A model generated the notes under the pieces. The model searched no databases and was not told the DNA's origin. It saw nothing but the letters and a program-made list of their open reading frames with translations. This document shows positions 9,693 to 19,589 of a stretch of DNA of 45,093 nucleotides, piece by piece. Both the position numbers and the translations under genes were made by a program. This stretch comes from Nitrospira japonica (lineage in GTDB: Bacteria; Nitrospirota; Thermodesulfovibrionia; Thermodesulfovibrionales; SM23-35). The number at the start of each line of letters is the position of its first letter. The stretch's first letter is position 1. The stretch is from assembly GCA_020725385.1 (NCBI GenBank), contig DYFC01000029.1, positions 1 through 45,093 on the forward strand, read 5' to 3'.

Positions 9693-10307
9693 TTAGTATT
9701 GGGTTTCCCAGATGCGGTGGGTATATAATGCAAGCTGTAGCCTGTCGGTGACTCCCATTTTTTTATAAATACGGTTACAATGAGATTTTACCGTCTGTTC
9801 CGATATATCGAGTTTCTGTGCAATTTCTTTATTCCTGTAACCATGACATATCAGGTCAACAATTTCCTTTTCTTTTTTTGTAAGAACAACCGGGTTTTCA
9901 ATCCTCGATATATGGGTAATAATATTTTTCACGACACTTCTATCAAGCCAGAGTTCTCCAGAATGTACAACTTTCATTGCATCAACAAGCATTTGAGATG
10001 TTGAATCGGGTGCAAGTAATCCATAAACACCCTTTAAAACAAGTTCGGGTATTTTTCTATCGGATTCAGGAGTCCACGAACTATCACATATAAGAAGAAA
10101 TTTTGTTCTATTATTTAATACCGATTCAGGAAGTGTCCTGAATATTTTGTTATCAACAAGAATTAAATCAGGTTGAAGTTTTAGGATTTCTTCAATATCG
10201 GAGCCTTCATCGAAAATACCTATTATCTCAAAATCATCTTCTTTTCTAAGAAGACGCTTTATGCCTTCACTTAACAGATAACTATGGCAACCGATAACTA
10301 TTTTCAT
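9693..10307 (-). CDS. NarL/LuxR family response regulator with atypical receiver
   Basis: C-terminal 'LTKKEKEIV..GYRNKEIAQKLDISEQTVKSH' LuxR HTH. Confidence 0.9.
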   Translation of the reverse strand: MKIVIGCHSYLLSEGIKRLLRKEDDFEIIGIFDEGSDIEEILKLQPDLILVDNKIFRTLPESVLNNRTKFLLICDSSWTPESDRKIPELVLKGVYGLLAPDSTSQMLVDAMKVVHSGELWLDRSVVKNIITHISRIENPVVLTKKEKEIVDLICHGYRNKEIAQKLDISEQTVKSHCNRIYKKMGVTDRLQLALYTHRIWETQY

Positions 10308-10309
10308 AA

Positions 10310-10681
10310 TTATTCTTCAAAATAAGTTGCTGATGCTGTCTCGGATTCCCAGACTGTCACTCCCGATAAGGTAACATTTTCATTATTAATCTTCTTCTTC
10401 AATGAATCATAAATCCATTTTGCTATATTCTCAGAAGAAGGATTTTTTTCTGTAAAAGGGAAAATATCATTCAAATATGCATGATCAAGAGATGATACCA
10501 CTTCATTGGTCATTCTCTTAAGCTCTCTGAAATCAATTGCAATATCAATTTCATTAAGACGGTCGGCCAAGACATAGACCTGCACTTTCCAGTTATGTCC
10601 GTGCAGATTCTCACATTCACCCTTATATCCCCTCAATTGGTGGGCCGAGGAAAAATGAGTTTCTATCATTAATTCAAACAT
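10310..10681 (-). CDS. queD: 6-carboxytetrahydropterin synthase
   Basis: 'FSSAH', 'CENLHGHNW', 'LDH', 'NPSSEN', 'VWES'. Confidence 0.95.
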   Translation of the reverse strand: MFELMIETHFSSAHQLRGYKGECENLHGHNWKVQVYVLADRLNEIDIAIDFRELKRMTNEVVSSLDHAYLNDIFPFTEKNPSSENIAKWIYDSLKKKINNENVTLSGVTVWESETASATYFEE

Positions 10682-10743
10682 ATGTTTAACTTATCATTTT
10701 TCTTTAAAATAATTCATTGTAGAAATAAGTTTAAGCAACAATT

Positions 10744-11265
10744 TTATATTTTTTTCTTAAAAATAGAGATGTATGGTAAATTCCTATATTTATTGTCATA
10801 ATCAAGCCCGTAGCCAACAACAAATTCATTCGGGATAGTATAACCTATATAGTCAAGCGGGACATCCACAATTCTTCTTTCTCTTTTATCAAGAAAAGCA
10901 CAGATTCTAAGACTCTTCGGGTTTCTTGTAAGAACCCTTTCCCTTATATGATTCAGAGTTACCCCTGTATCTACTATATCTTCAATTAATAATATATGTT
11001 TATCCGACACATCGCCCCGTATATCATAAAAAACCTTTACATCTCCTGTTGTCTGGGTTTTTATATAACTTGTAGCAATAATAAAGTCAACAGTCAATGG
11101 AATTTCAATTTGCCTTACAATATCGGAAAAAAACATAAATGCACCTTTAAGAATACCTACTGCTAATAAGTCTTTCTTTTTGTAATAATCCGAGATGTCT
11201 TTTGCAAGTTCTTTAACCCTGCTTTGTATTTGTTCCGCAGTAAATAAAGGTTTTCCTGTAATCAT
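10744..11265 (-). CDS. hpt: Hypoxanthine phosphoribosyltransferase
   Basis: 'ILKGAFMF', 'LLIEDIVDTGVT', 'FVVGYGLD'. Confidence 0.95.
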   Translation of the reverse strand: MITGKPLFTAEQIQSRVKELAKDISDYYKKKDLLAVGILKGAFMFFSDIVRQIEIPLTVDFIIATSYIKTQTTGDVKVFYDIRGDVSDKHILLIEDIVDTGVTLNHIRERVLTRNPKSLRICAFLDKRERRIVDVPLDYIGYTIPNEFVVGYGLDYDNKYRNLPYISIFKKKI

Positions 11266-11275
11266 AGAATCTCCA

Positions 11276-12247
11276 TTAACTATTTAAAAGTTTTGCAGCT
11301 TCTTTTGCAAAATATGTAAGTATAATATCAGCTCCTGCACGTCTAATTGAAGTTAATATTTCCATCATCATTCGCTTTTCGTCAATCCAGCCAAGTTTTC
11401 CAGCTGCTTTGACAATTGAATATTCTCCACTAACATTATATGCAGCTACAGGCATACTAAAAGTGCGCTTCACTTCAGAAATTATATCAAGGTATGAAAG
11501 AGCAGGTTTTACCATTATTATATCAGCGCCTTCTTCAATATCAAGTTCCACTTCTCTTAAAGCTTCAATTCTATTTGCCGGGTCCATCTGGTATGAACGC
11601 CTATCACCGAATTGAGGGGTAGATTCAGCAGCTTCCCTGAAAGGACCATAAAATGAAGAAGCATATTTTGCTGAATAAGCCATTATCGGAATAGACTCAA
11701 ACCCTTCGGTGTCAAGTAAACTTCTTATAGCCTTTACTCTTCCATCCATCATATCAGATGGTGCAACCATGTCAGCTCCTGCCCTTACATGTGAAAGGGC
11801 TTCTTTTGCGAGAATTTCAAGAGTTAAATCATTATCAACATCACCGTTTTTTATAATACCGCAATGTCCGTGACTGGTATATTCACACATACAAACATCT
11901 GTAATTACATAAAGCTCGGGGACTGCATTTTTAATTGCTTTTATTGCTTTTTGTACCACACCATGTTCATCATATGCGCTTGAACCTTTTTCATCTTTAT
12001 GTTCCGGGATTCCAAAAAGAATGATTGACGGGACACCAAGCCTATATATTTCTCTGGCGTGGTTTATTATTTTATCTACTGATTCTTGATAACAACCTGG
12101 CATGGAAGGTATTTCTTTTCTTATACCTTTACCATAAGTAACAAAAAGTGGATATATAAAGTCATCAGGAGAAAGGCGGGTTTCCCTCACCATTCTCCTG
12201 ATTGTCTCATTCTTGCGAAGTCTTCTAAGCCTTTTTACAGGGAACAT
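11276..12247 (-). CDS. hemB: Porphobilinogen synthase
   Basis: '[14 protein letters not shown]', 'APSDMMDGR', 'MVKPA', 'YNVSGEY'. Confidence 0.97.
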   Translation of the reverse strand: MFPVKRLRRLRKNETIRRMVRETRLSPDDFIYPLFVTYGKGIRKEIPSMPGCYQESVDKIINHAREIYRLGVPSIILFGIPEHKDEKGSSAYDEHGVVQKAIKAIKNAVPELYVITDVCMCEYTSHGHCGIIKNGDVDNDLTLEILAKEALSHVRAGADMVAPSDMMDGRVKAIRSLLDTEGFESIPIMAYSAKYASSFYGPFREAAESTPQFGDRRSYQMDPANRIEALREVELDIEEGADIIMVKPALSYLDIISEVKRTFSMPVAAYNVSGEYSIVKAAGKLGWIDEKRMMMEILTSIRRAGADIILTYFAKEAAKLLNS

Positions 12248-12263
12248 TTAATTAAGGGTACAG

Positions 12264-12605
12264 TTAGCTACCACAGCCTGTTCCACAGCCGCCGGCCGAA
12301 CCACATGAACCCGTTGCACAGGAAGAAACTCCACCTGTAAAAAGAAATCCTTCACCCTCTTCACCGACATAATAATCAAGTTCACGGTCAGCAAGAGACG
12401 TCATAGTCTCTTTATCCATAAAAACCTTGAACCCGTTTTTTTCAACAACCTCATCATCAGGCATTTGTGTTTCCTGTAGATTCATCCCGTAGGAAGGCCC
12501 GCAACAACTTTGCCCTGCTATGAAAACTCTGATACCCCACGTTTCTTTGCCTTCATTGGCAAGAATAGCTTTTGCCATTTCAGCAGCTCTGTCCGAAATC
12601 GTCAT
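12264..12605 (-). CDS. HesB/IscA-like Fe-S cluster biogenesis family protein
   Basis: 'TISDRAAE', 'GIRVFIAGQSCCGPSYGM', Cys/Gly-rich C-terminus. Confidence 0.8.
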   Translation of the reverse strand: MTISDRAAEMAKAILANEGKETWGIRVFIAGQSCCGPSYGMNLQETQMPDDEVVEKNGFKVFMDKETMTSLADRELDYYVGEEGEGFLFTGGVSSCATGSCGSAGGCGTGCGS

Positions 12606-12661
12606 TCTAAATTACCTCCAAATATTTAATACTTTAGAATAAAAAATAAATAAATAAAAAA

Positions 12662-13663
12662 TCAAATATGTATTTTATTAAGGTCGTTAAACCTTACCAA
12701 TTCTGAAAAGGGATATAGAGTTGACATTGCCTTTGATACCGCCGGGATGCCTGCTTCTTCAAGGGCTGCGATAGGGTTTAGTCCTCCAACTATTACCATA
12801 CCGGCTTTGTCAACACCAACGGGCATCTCAAGCAAAGGTTGATTAGGATTTCCAACTAAAAGGATTCCTCCTATACCTTTACTTTTAAGATTTTCCTTTA
12901 ACTGTAAAACCTTCTCTAAAGTGACTACCGGAATTTCCCTGAAACTCGCGAGTATTTTCCCGTATTCTGATGTAACTGCACCTCTTACATCGGTCATCCT
13001 GCTTTTTATAAATATCTCCAGCGGGTCAAGAGATGATCCTTCATAACTAATAAGCGCTGTAAAACGTATTGGTTCGGAGTTTATTTGTAATACCCCTCCA
13101 AACCTTGAAGTTACCGGAATTCCTGCTTTCAGGAAAATTCCATTAATTGTGACACTACATACAGTTCCCAATCCTACCATATTCTTTGGAACAGGGAAAT
13201 CACCTATTTTTTCTCCGTTTTTTTTCAAAACAACTTTGTCAGACATGATATATGGCGAGGAAAATACAGGTTTCATAATTTTCAATGCTTCACTTAATTT
13301 CTTTTCAGGAAAACATGATACATTCAATATAATATTACCCTGCCCTGATTCAAGGTCAAGGTCTGTAAGATAAGAAAGTGTCTCTATTTTACTTATTATA
13401 AATCCTACTTTTTCAGAGACACGTGCATTTATTAGTTCTTCCCTACCTTTGGGTGTAATCATTCTACCTTCTTTACCGAATACTTTTGTTAAGCCACGCT
13501 CATCAAGAATTCTCAAATGATACCTGACAGTTCTTTCAGAGATATTAACCCCGTGAAGTTTTAATTGCTTTGATAGTTCCCTTGAACCAATAACTGTATC
13601 ATGCTGTTTGTCAAGAATCTTAAGTATTGAAAGCATTGTTTTATCGGTATCCACCTGTCTCAT
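12662..13663 (-). CDS. nrpR: NrpR-type nitrogen repressor (wHTH + single NRD/DUF128 domain)
   Basis: 'SERTVRYHL', 'GTVCSVTING', 'GSSLDPLEIF', 'GGLNPIAA'. Confidence 0.85.
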   Translation of the reverse strand: MRQVDTDKTMLSILKILDKQHDTVIGSRELSKQLKLHGVNISERTVRYHLRILDERGLTKVFGKEGRMITPKGREELINARVSEKVGFIISKIETLSYLTDLDLESGQGNIILNVSCFPEKKLSEALKIMKPVFSSPYIMSDKVVLKKNGEKIGDFPVPKNMVGLGTVCSVTINGIFLKAGIPVTSRFGGVLQINSEPIRFTALISYEGSSLDPLEIFIKSRMTDVRGAVTSEYGKILASFREIPVVTLEKVLQLKENLKSKGIGGILLVGNPNQPLLEMPVGVDKAGMVIVGGLNPIAALEEAGIPAVSKAMSTLYPFSELVRFNDLNKIHI

Positions 13664-13723
13664 CCTCCCTATGAATAATTAATCTAATGCCTGTTATTTT
13701 AAATTCCTTTATATACAAATTTT

Positions 13724-13752
13724 AAAACAGGGGTGCTTTTACACCCCTGTTT
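13724..13752 (-). terminator. Intrinsic terminator after the glutamate synthase gene
   Basis: AAACAGGGGTG / CACCCCTGTTT 11-bp stem; the minus-strand arm ends in TTTT. Confidence 0.7.
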
Positions 13753-13777
13753 GCACTTTAGTTTTAGATTAATAATC

Positions 13778-15352
13778 TTATTCAGAAAGTATTCTTTCTG
13801 CTTCTTGCATATCTGATTCCATCACATAAGGAATTCCTGTTACTTCAGAAGCTTCTTTTGTTAGTGAAACAAGATCAGACCTATCAAGATAATTGATCGC
13901 AAATTTTCTTGCACCTGCCATAAGCTGCTGAAGACCTAACTGAATTCTATCACAGAATGTAAACATTCCTATAGCACCTAATGGAAGTTTTTTGAAATCC
14001 TTGCCATATTTTGCTTTTAAAGATTCTGCTGATACAAATATTGTTTCAGGAGAATCTCCATATTTTTTGATTTCAGGCGGAAGTTTTTCATCATCAATCC
14101 ATCTCTTTATATTCTTGCCAACCATTGCAGGAATCATTGTAGCTCTACCCATACATACTGCCTTGACAAATGGAGCGCCAAGTGCTATTGCCTTAAATAC
14201 ATGGTCTTCAAGTGAGAAACCACCTGCCATTGCAATATCAGGAACATATTTGCCTTTTGCCTTTAATTCATTGGCGAATTTATATGCAAGGGATTCAAGA
14301 TAAATTGTAGGAATACCCCATTCATTCATCATTCTCCACGGGCTCATTCCTGTTCCACCACCTGCCCCATCTATTGTCAATAAATCAATTTGAGCATCGG
14401 ATGCAAATCTAATTGCTCTTGCAAGGTCTGCAATTCTATATGCACCTGTTTTCAACGACACAAATTTTGCACCAATTTTGCGAAGATATTCAACACTTCT
14501 CAAAAAGCCTTCATACTCAACCATTCCAAGCCTTGAATGTCTCTCAAACTCTTTAAAGGCACCTTCTTTGAATGCTTTCTGTATCACCTTATCTTCCGGA
14601 TCAGGAAGAACAACATAGCCTCTTCTCTTCAGTTCGAGTGCCCTTTCAAGAGTATTTAATTTTACTTCACCGCCAATATTTTTTGCTCCCTGTCCCCATT
14701 TAAGCTCAAGACATTCAACACCGAGCTTTTCAACAGCATATTCAGGAGAGCCAAGTCTTGCATCCTCAACATTTTGTTGAAGAATAATAGCGCCATGTAC
14801 TTCTTTCCAGTCATTAAAAGTTTTTACCCGGCGGGCAAGTTCAGGAGAATTAACAACCTTACCATTTTTTATCTCAGCCTTCGGATCCATTCCAACAACA
14901 TTTTCACCTATTACAACCATAATTCCTGAAATAGCAGCGCCAATTGCAAGCCCTTCCCAGTTATCACGTGCAATATTTGTTGAACCAAGAGCACCTGTAA
15001 ATATAGGGACTTTCAGATTTACCTTGTGTTTATTCCCCAATGATACTTCTGTTGAAACATTTGTAAAAAGAGCTTTATCAGAATCAGCATCCATACCAAC
15101 CGCTCCAACACATGTCCCCATAATATTAAGATGTGAATAATCAACAGGATATTCTTTTGTTGCTCCAGCTGTAACTTTACCAAAAGGCTGTGGATATAGT
15201 ACTTCTCTACCTCTATAAGATGATTTACCTATTTCACATATTCCGGGGCATCCATCAAGACAAACCGAGCATATTCCTGAATATACTGCCGGGTCCTGAA
15301 CTCTATTTTTTGTTCCTGTTGCTGCACTTGCATTTGGTCTTCCATAATTCAT
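13778..15352 (-). CDS. Stand-alone FMN-binding glutamate synthase family protein (GltB2-like)
   Basis: 'ELKWGQGAK', 'IDGAGGGTG', 'KAIALGA'; N-terminal CxxCxxxCxxxC. Confidence 0.88.
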   Translation of the reverse strand: MNYGRPNASAATGTKNRVQDPAVYSGICSVCLDGCPGICEIGKSSYRGREVLYPQPFGKVTAGATKEYPVDYSHLNIMGTCVGAVGMDADSDKALFTNVSTEVSLGNKHKVNLKVPIFTGALGSTNIARDNWEGLAIGAAISGIMVVIGENVVGMDPKAEIKNGKVVNSPELARRVKTFNDWKEVHGAIILQQNVEDARLGSPEYAVEKLGVECLELKWGQGAKNIGGEVKLNTLERALELKRRGYVVLPDPEDKVIQKAFKEGAFKEFERHSRLGMVEYEGFLRSVEYLRKIGAKFVSLKTGAYRIADLARAIRFASDAQIDLLTIDGAGGGTGMSPWRMMNEWGIPTIYLESLAYKFANELKAKGKYVPDIAMAGGFSLEDHVFKAIALGAPFVKAVCMGRATMIPAMVGKNIKRWIDDEKLPPEIKKYGDSPETIFVSAESLKAKYGKDFKKLPLGAIGMFTFCDRIQLGLQQLMAGARKFAINYLDRSDLVSLTKEASEVTGIPYVMESDMQEAERILSE

Positions 15353-15419
15353 ATGTATTTCCTCCTGATAATTAGTATTAATTAATTATTAGACTTTAAT
15401 ATTAAGTATTTTTTAATCA

Positions 15420-15456
15420 TTTTGACAAAAAAAATCCTTTTCGGATTTTGACAAAA
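15420..15456. promoter_or_regulatory. Two TTTTGACAAAA boxes flanking an AAAATCC/GGATTTT inverted repeat
   Basis: Boxes at 15420-15430 and 15446-15456, upstream of the glutamate synthase gene. Confidence 0.4.
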
Positions 15457-15480
15457 GAGATTATGTTCAAAAGACATTTC

Positions 15481-16752
15481 TTATGAACATACTAAAAGCA
15501 ATTCTATTTTATCACCTCCTTCGTTTTTCCATAAAGACGAAACATCATCCTTAAGGCAGAGTATATCACCCTGTTTTAATTTTTCATGCCTTCCGTTCAG
15601 TAAAACTATAACATTCCCCTGAATAACATAAACCAGTCTCTTCCCCCTTTCTTGCTTAATTTTCTTTTCCGATTTCATAAAAGGTTCAATAATAATGAGA
15701 TAGGCATTTATACCGGCATTATTTAAGATTGAAAATGCCTTAAGACCTTCATCTTCGAAGACAGGGAAAGAAAAAATGCGTTCTCTTGTTATCAACCACT
15801 CTGAGTATTCGTTCTTTTCACCCAAAACTGTAGCGGGAGTAACACCAAGTGCTTCACATATTTGCATAAATGAATTAAGTGAAGGACTTATCTGGTTATT
15901 CTCAAGTTGTGAAATGAAGCTCGGTGTAAGGTCAACTTTTTCAGCAAGTTCTTTCTGGTTAATTCCCATTTTCGTACGAATATCTCTTATTCTTGTACCT
16001 ATATCTATAAAAACATCACGTTTTGCAGAAGCAATATAAACTCTTTTCTGACTGTCAACTTCATACTGATGTGGTTTGAAGGCTTCTCTACCAGAGCGTC
16101 CTTCAAGTTTATTTGCTTTTATAAAAAGCTTATCTTTTCTTCTATATAAATCCAGAACAACCTGGGTAACATGTCTGAGGTTTGCTTTGAAAGTCTGACT
16201 ATGAGCTTCTTTCTCAAGAATCCAGTATGCTACTGTTCCTAAGTCATAAAGCAGAGGACATAAATAAGTAAAAAATTTGTAAGTTGAATTTTCATCGCCC
16301 CATAGGTCTTGCATTCCTGTAAGACTATCAAAAATATACCTGGTGCCTGACGGAAGATTATCTTCCATATTATTAAGGATTGAAGTGAATTTATTTATAT
16401 CTCCCGGATTTTCAACCCTAATAACATTAATTTCCGAAGGATTTTCGTAGAACTTAAGGAATGCTTTATCATTTTTCCCCTTACCTGACGTGAAGCAGTC
16501 TACTAAAGTAAAATCTTCTTTTGTTATGATTCCATCAAGTTGCTGAAGGATTGAGTGTGGAGACTTATTGAAACTTATATAAATAACATTTTGTTTTTCT
16601 TCAGTTGACTGCCTTATAAAATGATATTTAAAGATATCAAATACTGTTCCTGATTCTATTTCCCAGACTACATTGTCTCCCACATATAGTGAGTCAATAA
16701 GCCTGTCAAGGTCTCCTATTCCTGAAGATATTTTACCTGCATTCATTGGCAA
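15481..16752 (-). CDS. RecA/KaiC-like domain + XRE HTH + cupin transcriptional regulator
   Basis: 'SSGIGDLDRLI', 'YIFDSLT'; HTH 'NQKELAEKVDLTPSFISQLENNQISPS'; cupin 'YVIQG..LKQGD'. Confidence 0.75.
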   Translation of the reverse strand: MPMNAGKISSGIGDLDRLIDSLYVGDNVVWEIESGTVFDIFKYHFIRQSTEEKQNVIYISFNKSPHSILQQLDGIITKEDFTLVDCFTSGKGKNDKAFLKFYENPSEINVIRVENPGDINKFTSILNNMEDNLPSGTRYIFDSLTGMQDLWGDENSTYKFFTYLCPLLYDLGTVAYWILEKEAHSQTFKANLRHVTQVVLDLYRRKDKLFIKANKLEGRSGREAFKPHQYEVDSQKRVYIASAKRDVFIDIGTRIRDIRTKMGINQKELAEKVDLTPSFISQLENNQISPSLNSFMQICEALGVTPATVLGEKNEYSEWLITRERIFSFPVFEDEGLKAFSILNNAGINAYLIIIEPFMKSEKKIKQERGKRLVYVIQGNVIVLLNGRHEKLKQGDILCLKDDVSSLWKNEGGDKIELLLVCS

Positions 16753-16881
16753 TCGGTTACCTAATAGATTCTTAATTTAAAGTATAGACAAAATAATTGT
16801 CAACCGTAAAATTAAATGCTGGTAAATCATCATAATGGAGATTTAACGGGTATTTTTGTACCGTAAAATAGAAAAACAAAC

Positions 16882-19389
16882 TTACTTTCTACTTAATATG
16901 TTATTTATTTTTTCGAGCAAAATATATGGAAGGAAAGGTTTCATTACTAAATCTACGCCTTCAGAAAGAACTCCTTTTTTATGTGCTATATCATAAGTAT
17001 ATCCGCTTGTAAATAGAGCTTTTATATCAGGCCTTTCTTTCTTTATAAATTCGTACACTTCTTTGCCGTTCTTTTTAGGCATTACAACATCAAGAAGTAG
17101 CAAATCTATTTTATCTCCATTTTCAAAAAACTTTTTTATGGCATCCTCTCCATCAATTGCTTCAATAACTGTATAACCTGCTTCTTTCAAAATTTCAACA
17201 GCAGACATTCTAACTTCTTTATTATCTTCAGCGATAAGAATAGTCCCGATTCCTTTAGTCATTTTATATGATTTATCATTCTCACTCAGTTGTATTTCTT
17301 CAGCCTGCAGAGGCAAGTATATTTTAAAAGTTGTGCCTTTTCCTTTTTCACTATAACAGTTTATAAAACCATTATGCTGCTTTATTATTCCATAAGACAT
17401 TGCAAGGCCAAGACCTGTTCCTTTGCCAACTTCTTTTGTTGTAAAGAAAGGTTCAAATATTCTTGCTTTTGTTTTTTCATCCATGCCTTCGCCAGTGTCA
17501 GAAAAAGTAATTAACGCATATTTGCCAGGTTTTCCATATCCATGCATTTTAATAAAATTATTATCAAGATCAACAACATCGGTTTTAATTGATATAACTC
17601 CAAAATCACTTATTGCATCTCTTGCATTAGATGCAAGATTCATCAGAACTTGTTCAAAATTAACAGTATCTATCATAACAGTAAGCTTCTCATCTAATAA
17701 TTCTGTCTTTAATTCTATTTCCTCACCAACAAGCCTAATCAACAGATTTTTTATGTTCTTAATTACCATATTTACATCAACAAGTTGTGGTTCTATAATC
17801 TTTTTTCTACTGAATGCAAGAAGATTCTTTGTAAGTGAAGCTGCTTTCTCTGAAGCAGTAATAATATTATCTATATATCTACGAGATGGATCATTTTGTG
17901 ATGCTTTCATTAAAAATAGATTTGCATAGCTCATGATTGCAGTTAGAATATTATTAAAATCATGGGCAATACCACCAGCAAGTGTGCCAACAGCTTCCAT
18001 CTTCTGGGCTTGAATAAGCTGTGCTTCAAGTTTTTTACTTTCAGTAATATCTTCATATGATACTACTATTCTTTTATCTTCAAGAGTTGGGCCTATAACA
18101 GCAGCGGTTACTCTGCAAACAATATCCCTGCCACTTTTATGTCTGCATATAAATTCTTCTGAATGCGTTCTATTTTTTTGTAATATAGGATAAAATCTAT
18201 TAGCTATTTCTTCAAATTCTTCGTCGCTCCTGTAAAGAATTCTTGTTTTTTCGCCTATTAACTCCTCAGACTTCCATCCAAATACATTCTCGACTGAATT
18301 ATTAGCAAAGATAATTACTCTATTCTTCAATCCTAAAACAGCATGAGGTATTGCACTTAAAATTGAAGATTCAAGTGCTTCAAGTTCTTTAAGGGCTTTT
18401 TCTGTTCTCATACGTTCTGTAACATCCCTGAAACTCCATACTCTTCCAATAATATCATTACCAATACGCTGAGGCATTGAGTATCTTTCAAAAACTCTTC
18501 CATCTTTAAACTCAATTAAATCAAAACTCTCTTTTTCAGGATTAGCATACAATTCCATAACTTTCTTTATAAAAGAATCAGGATTTTTAAGCTGGGGAAG
18601 AACATAAGATAAAGCTTTTTCATCGCTTCCAGTTGATATAATATGTTCAGGAATTCTCCACATATCTATAAATTTCTTGTTAAAACTTTCAATTTTTCCA
18701 TTTATATCAACAACAAGAATTCCATCTGCAGTTGACTCAAGTGCAGCATTAAGTAAAGAGAATGCCTGTTGCTTTTTATTTATTTCCTGTGAAATGCTTT
18801 CAATCATTTCATTAGTAATTTTTGCGAGTATATTAATAAGTTCAATATTTGAAGTTCCTGTTACTCTTGCGCTTAGGTCACCTTTTATAACTTTATGCAG
18901 AACATCAAAATGTTCGGCAAGTGAAATTGCAAATTCGTGAGATTGCTGAACAATCTCTCCAACATTTTGTGCGGTAAGATTTATTAAATGTTTTAAATCC
19001 CTTATAACTTCAAAATTTGATTCTTCGGAAATTCTGACATCAGGGTCACCCGAAGATATTTTTTTAAGAGCTTCGGTTATTTCTAATAATCCCCGGGATA
19101 ATTCTGTATTCTTATTTTCAAGTTCTGCTTCTCTTTTTTTAAGATTATCTCTGAAATTTTTGTATTCTTTACTGATAGCTTCGAAGAATTCTCCGGGTAT
19201 TTTGTTACTTGAATTTTTCTTAAATACACTACATTCAGGGCAGCATTCAAGTTTATCAACAAGATAGGTCTGGTGTGAATTATTACATTTGGTACCCAAA
19301 ATTAACCAGCATTTATAATCTTTGGAATTATAGGCAGGACATTCTGTTCGTTCGCATTTCAAAAGTTCCCAACAACTTATTTTTTTCAT
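16882..19389 (-). CDS. Hybrid sensor histidine kinase (Cys-rich two-CW-like N-terminus, HAMP-like, PAS-PAS, HisKA, REC)
   Basis: 'CWELLKC..CPAY..CWLILGTKC', 'AGGIAHDFNNIL', 'FEPFFTTKEVGKGTGLGL', C-terminal receiver. Confidence 0.9.
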   Translation of the reverse strand: MKKISCWELLKCERTECPAYNSKDYKCWLILGTKCNNSHQTYLVDKLECCPECSVFKKNSSNKIPGEFFEAISKEYKNFRDNLKKREAELENKNTELSRGLLEITEALKKISSGDPDVRISEESNFEVIRDLKHLINLTAQNVGEIVQQSHEFAISLAEHFDVLHKVIKGDLSARVTGTSNIELINILAKITNEMIESISQEINKKQQAFSLLNAALESTADGILVVDINGKIESFNKKFIDMWRIPEHIISTGSDEKALSYVLPQLKNPDSFIKKVMELYANPEKESFDLIEFKDGRVFERYSMPQRIGNDIIGRVWSFRDVTERMRTEKALKELEALESSILSAIPHAVLGLKNRVIIFANNSVENVFGWKSEELIGEKTRILYRSDEEFEEIANRFYPILQKNRTHSEEFICRHKSGRDIVCRVTAAVIGPTLEDKRIVVSYEDITESKKLEAQLIQAQKMEAVGTLAGGIAHDFNNILTAIMSYANLFLMKASQNDPSRRYIDNIITASEKAASLTKNLLAFSRKKIIEPQLVDVNMVIKNIKNLLIRLVGEEIELKTELLDEKLTVMIDTVNFEQVLMNLASNARDAISDFGVISIKTDVVDLDNNFIKMHGYGKPGKYALITFSDTGEGMDEKTKARIFEPFFTTKEVGKGTGLGLAMSYGIIKQHNGFINCYSEKGKGTTFKIYLPLQAEEIQLSENDKSYKMTKGIGTILIAEDNKEVRMSAVEILKEAGYTVIEAIDGEDAIKKFFENGDKIDLLLLDVVMPKKNGKEVYEFIKKERPDIKALFTSGYTYDIAHKKGVLSEGVDLVMKPFLPYILLEKINNILSRK

Positions 19390-19589
19390 TAATATCCTTT
19401 AACCCGAATAGCAATTATTTTCCATTCTAATTTTATCCTAATATTAATAATCTTTGGCTTCCTGTAGATATAATCAATTTTAATAAATAAAACAATATTA
19501 TGCAAAATTTTTAAAATATAATAATCTGGTGTTATGGAACTATCGACTTTGGATTTTTATTTTTGAAAGCAATGTCTGTAGTATTCGGA

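Noticed and set aside
12264-12605. HesB-like protein as a second selenoprotein
   Set aside because: The usual Sec position is encoded as Cys-Cys; there is no in-frame UGA.
15353-15480. Canonical NrpR operator GGAA-N6-TTCC
   Set aside because: Not found by eye here, nor upstream of nrpR or gpgS.
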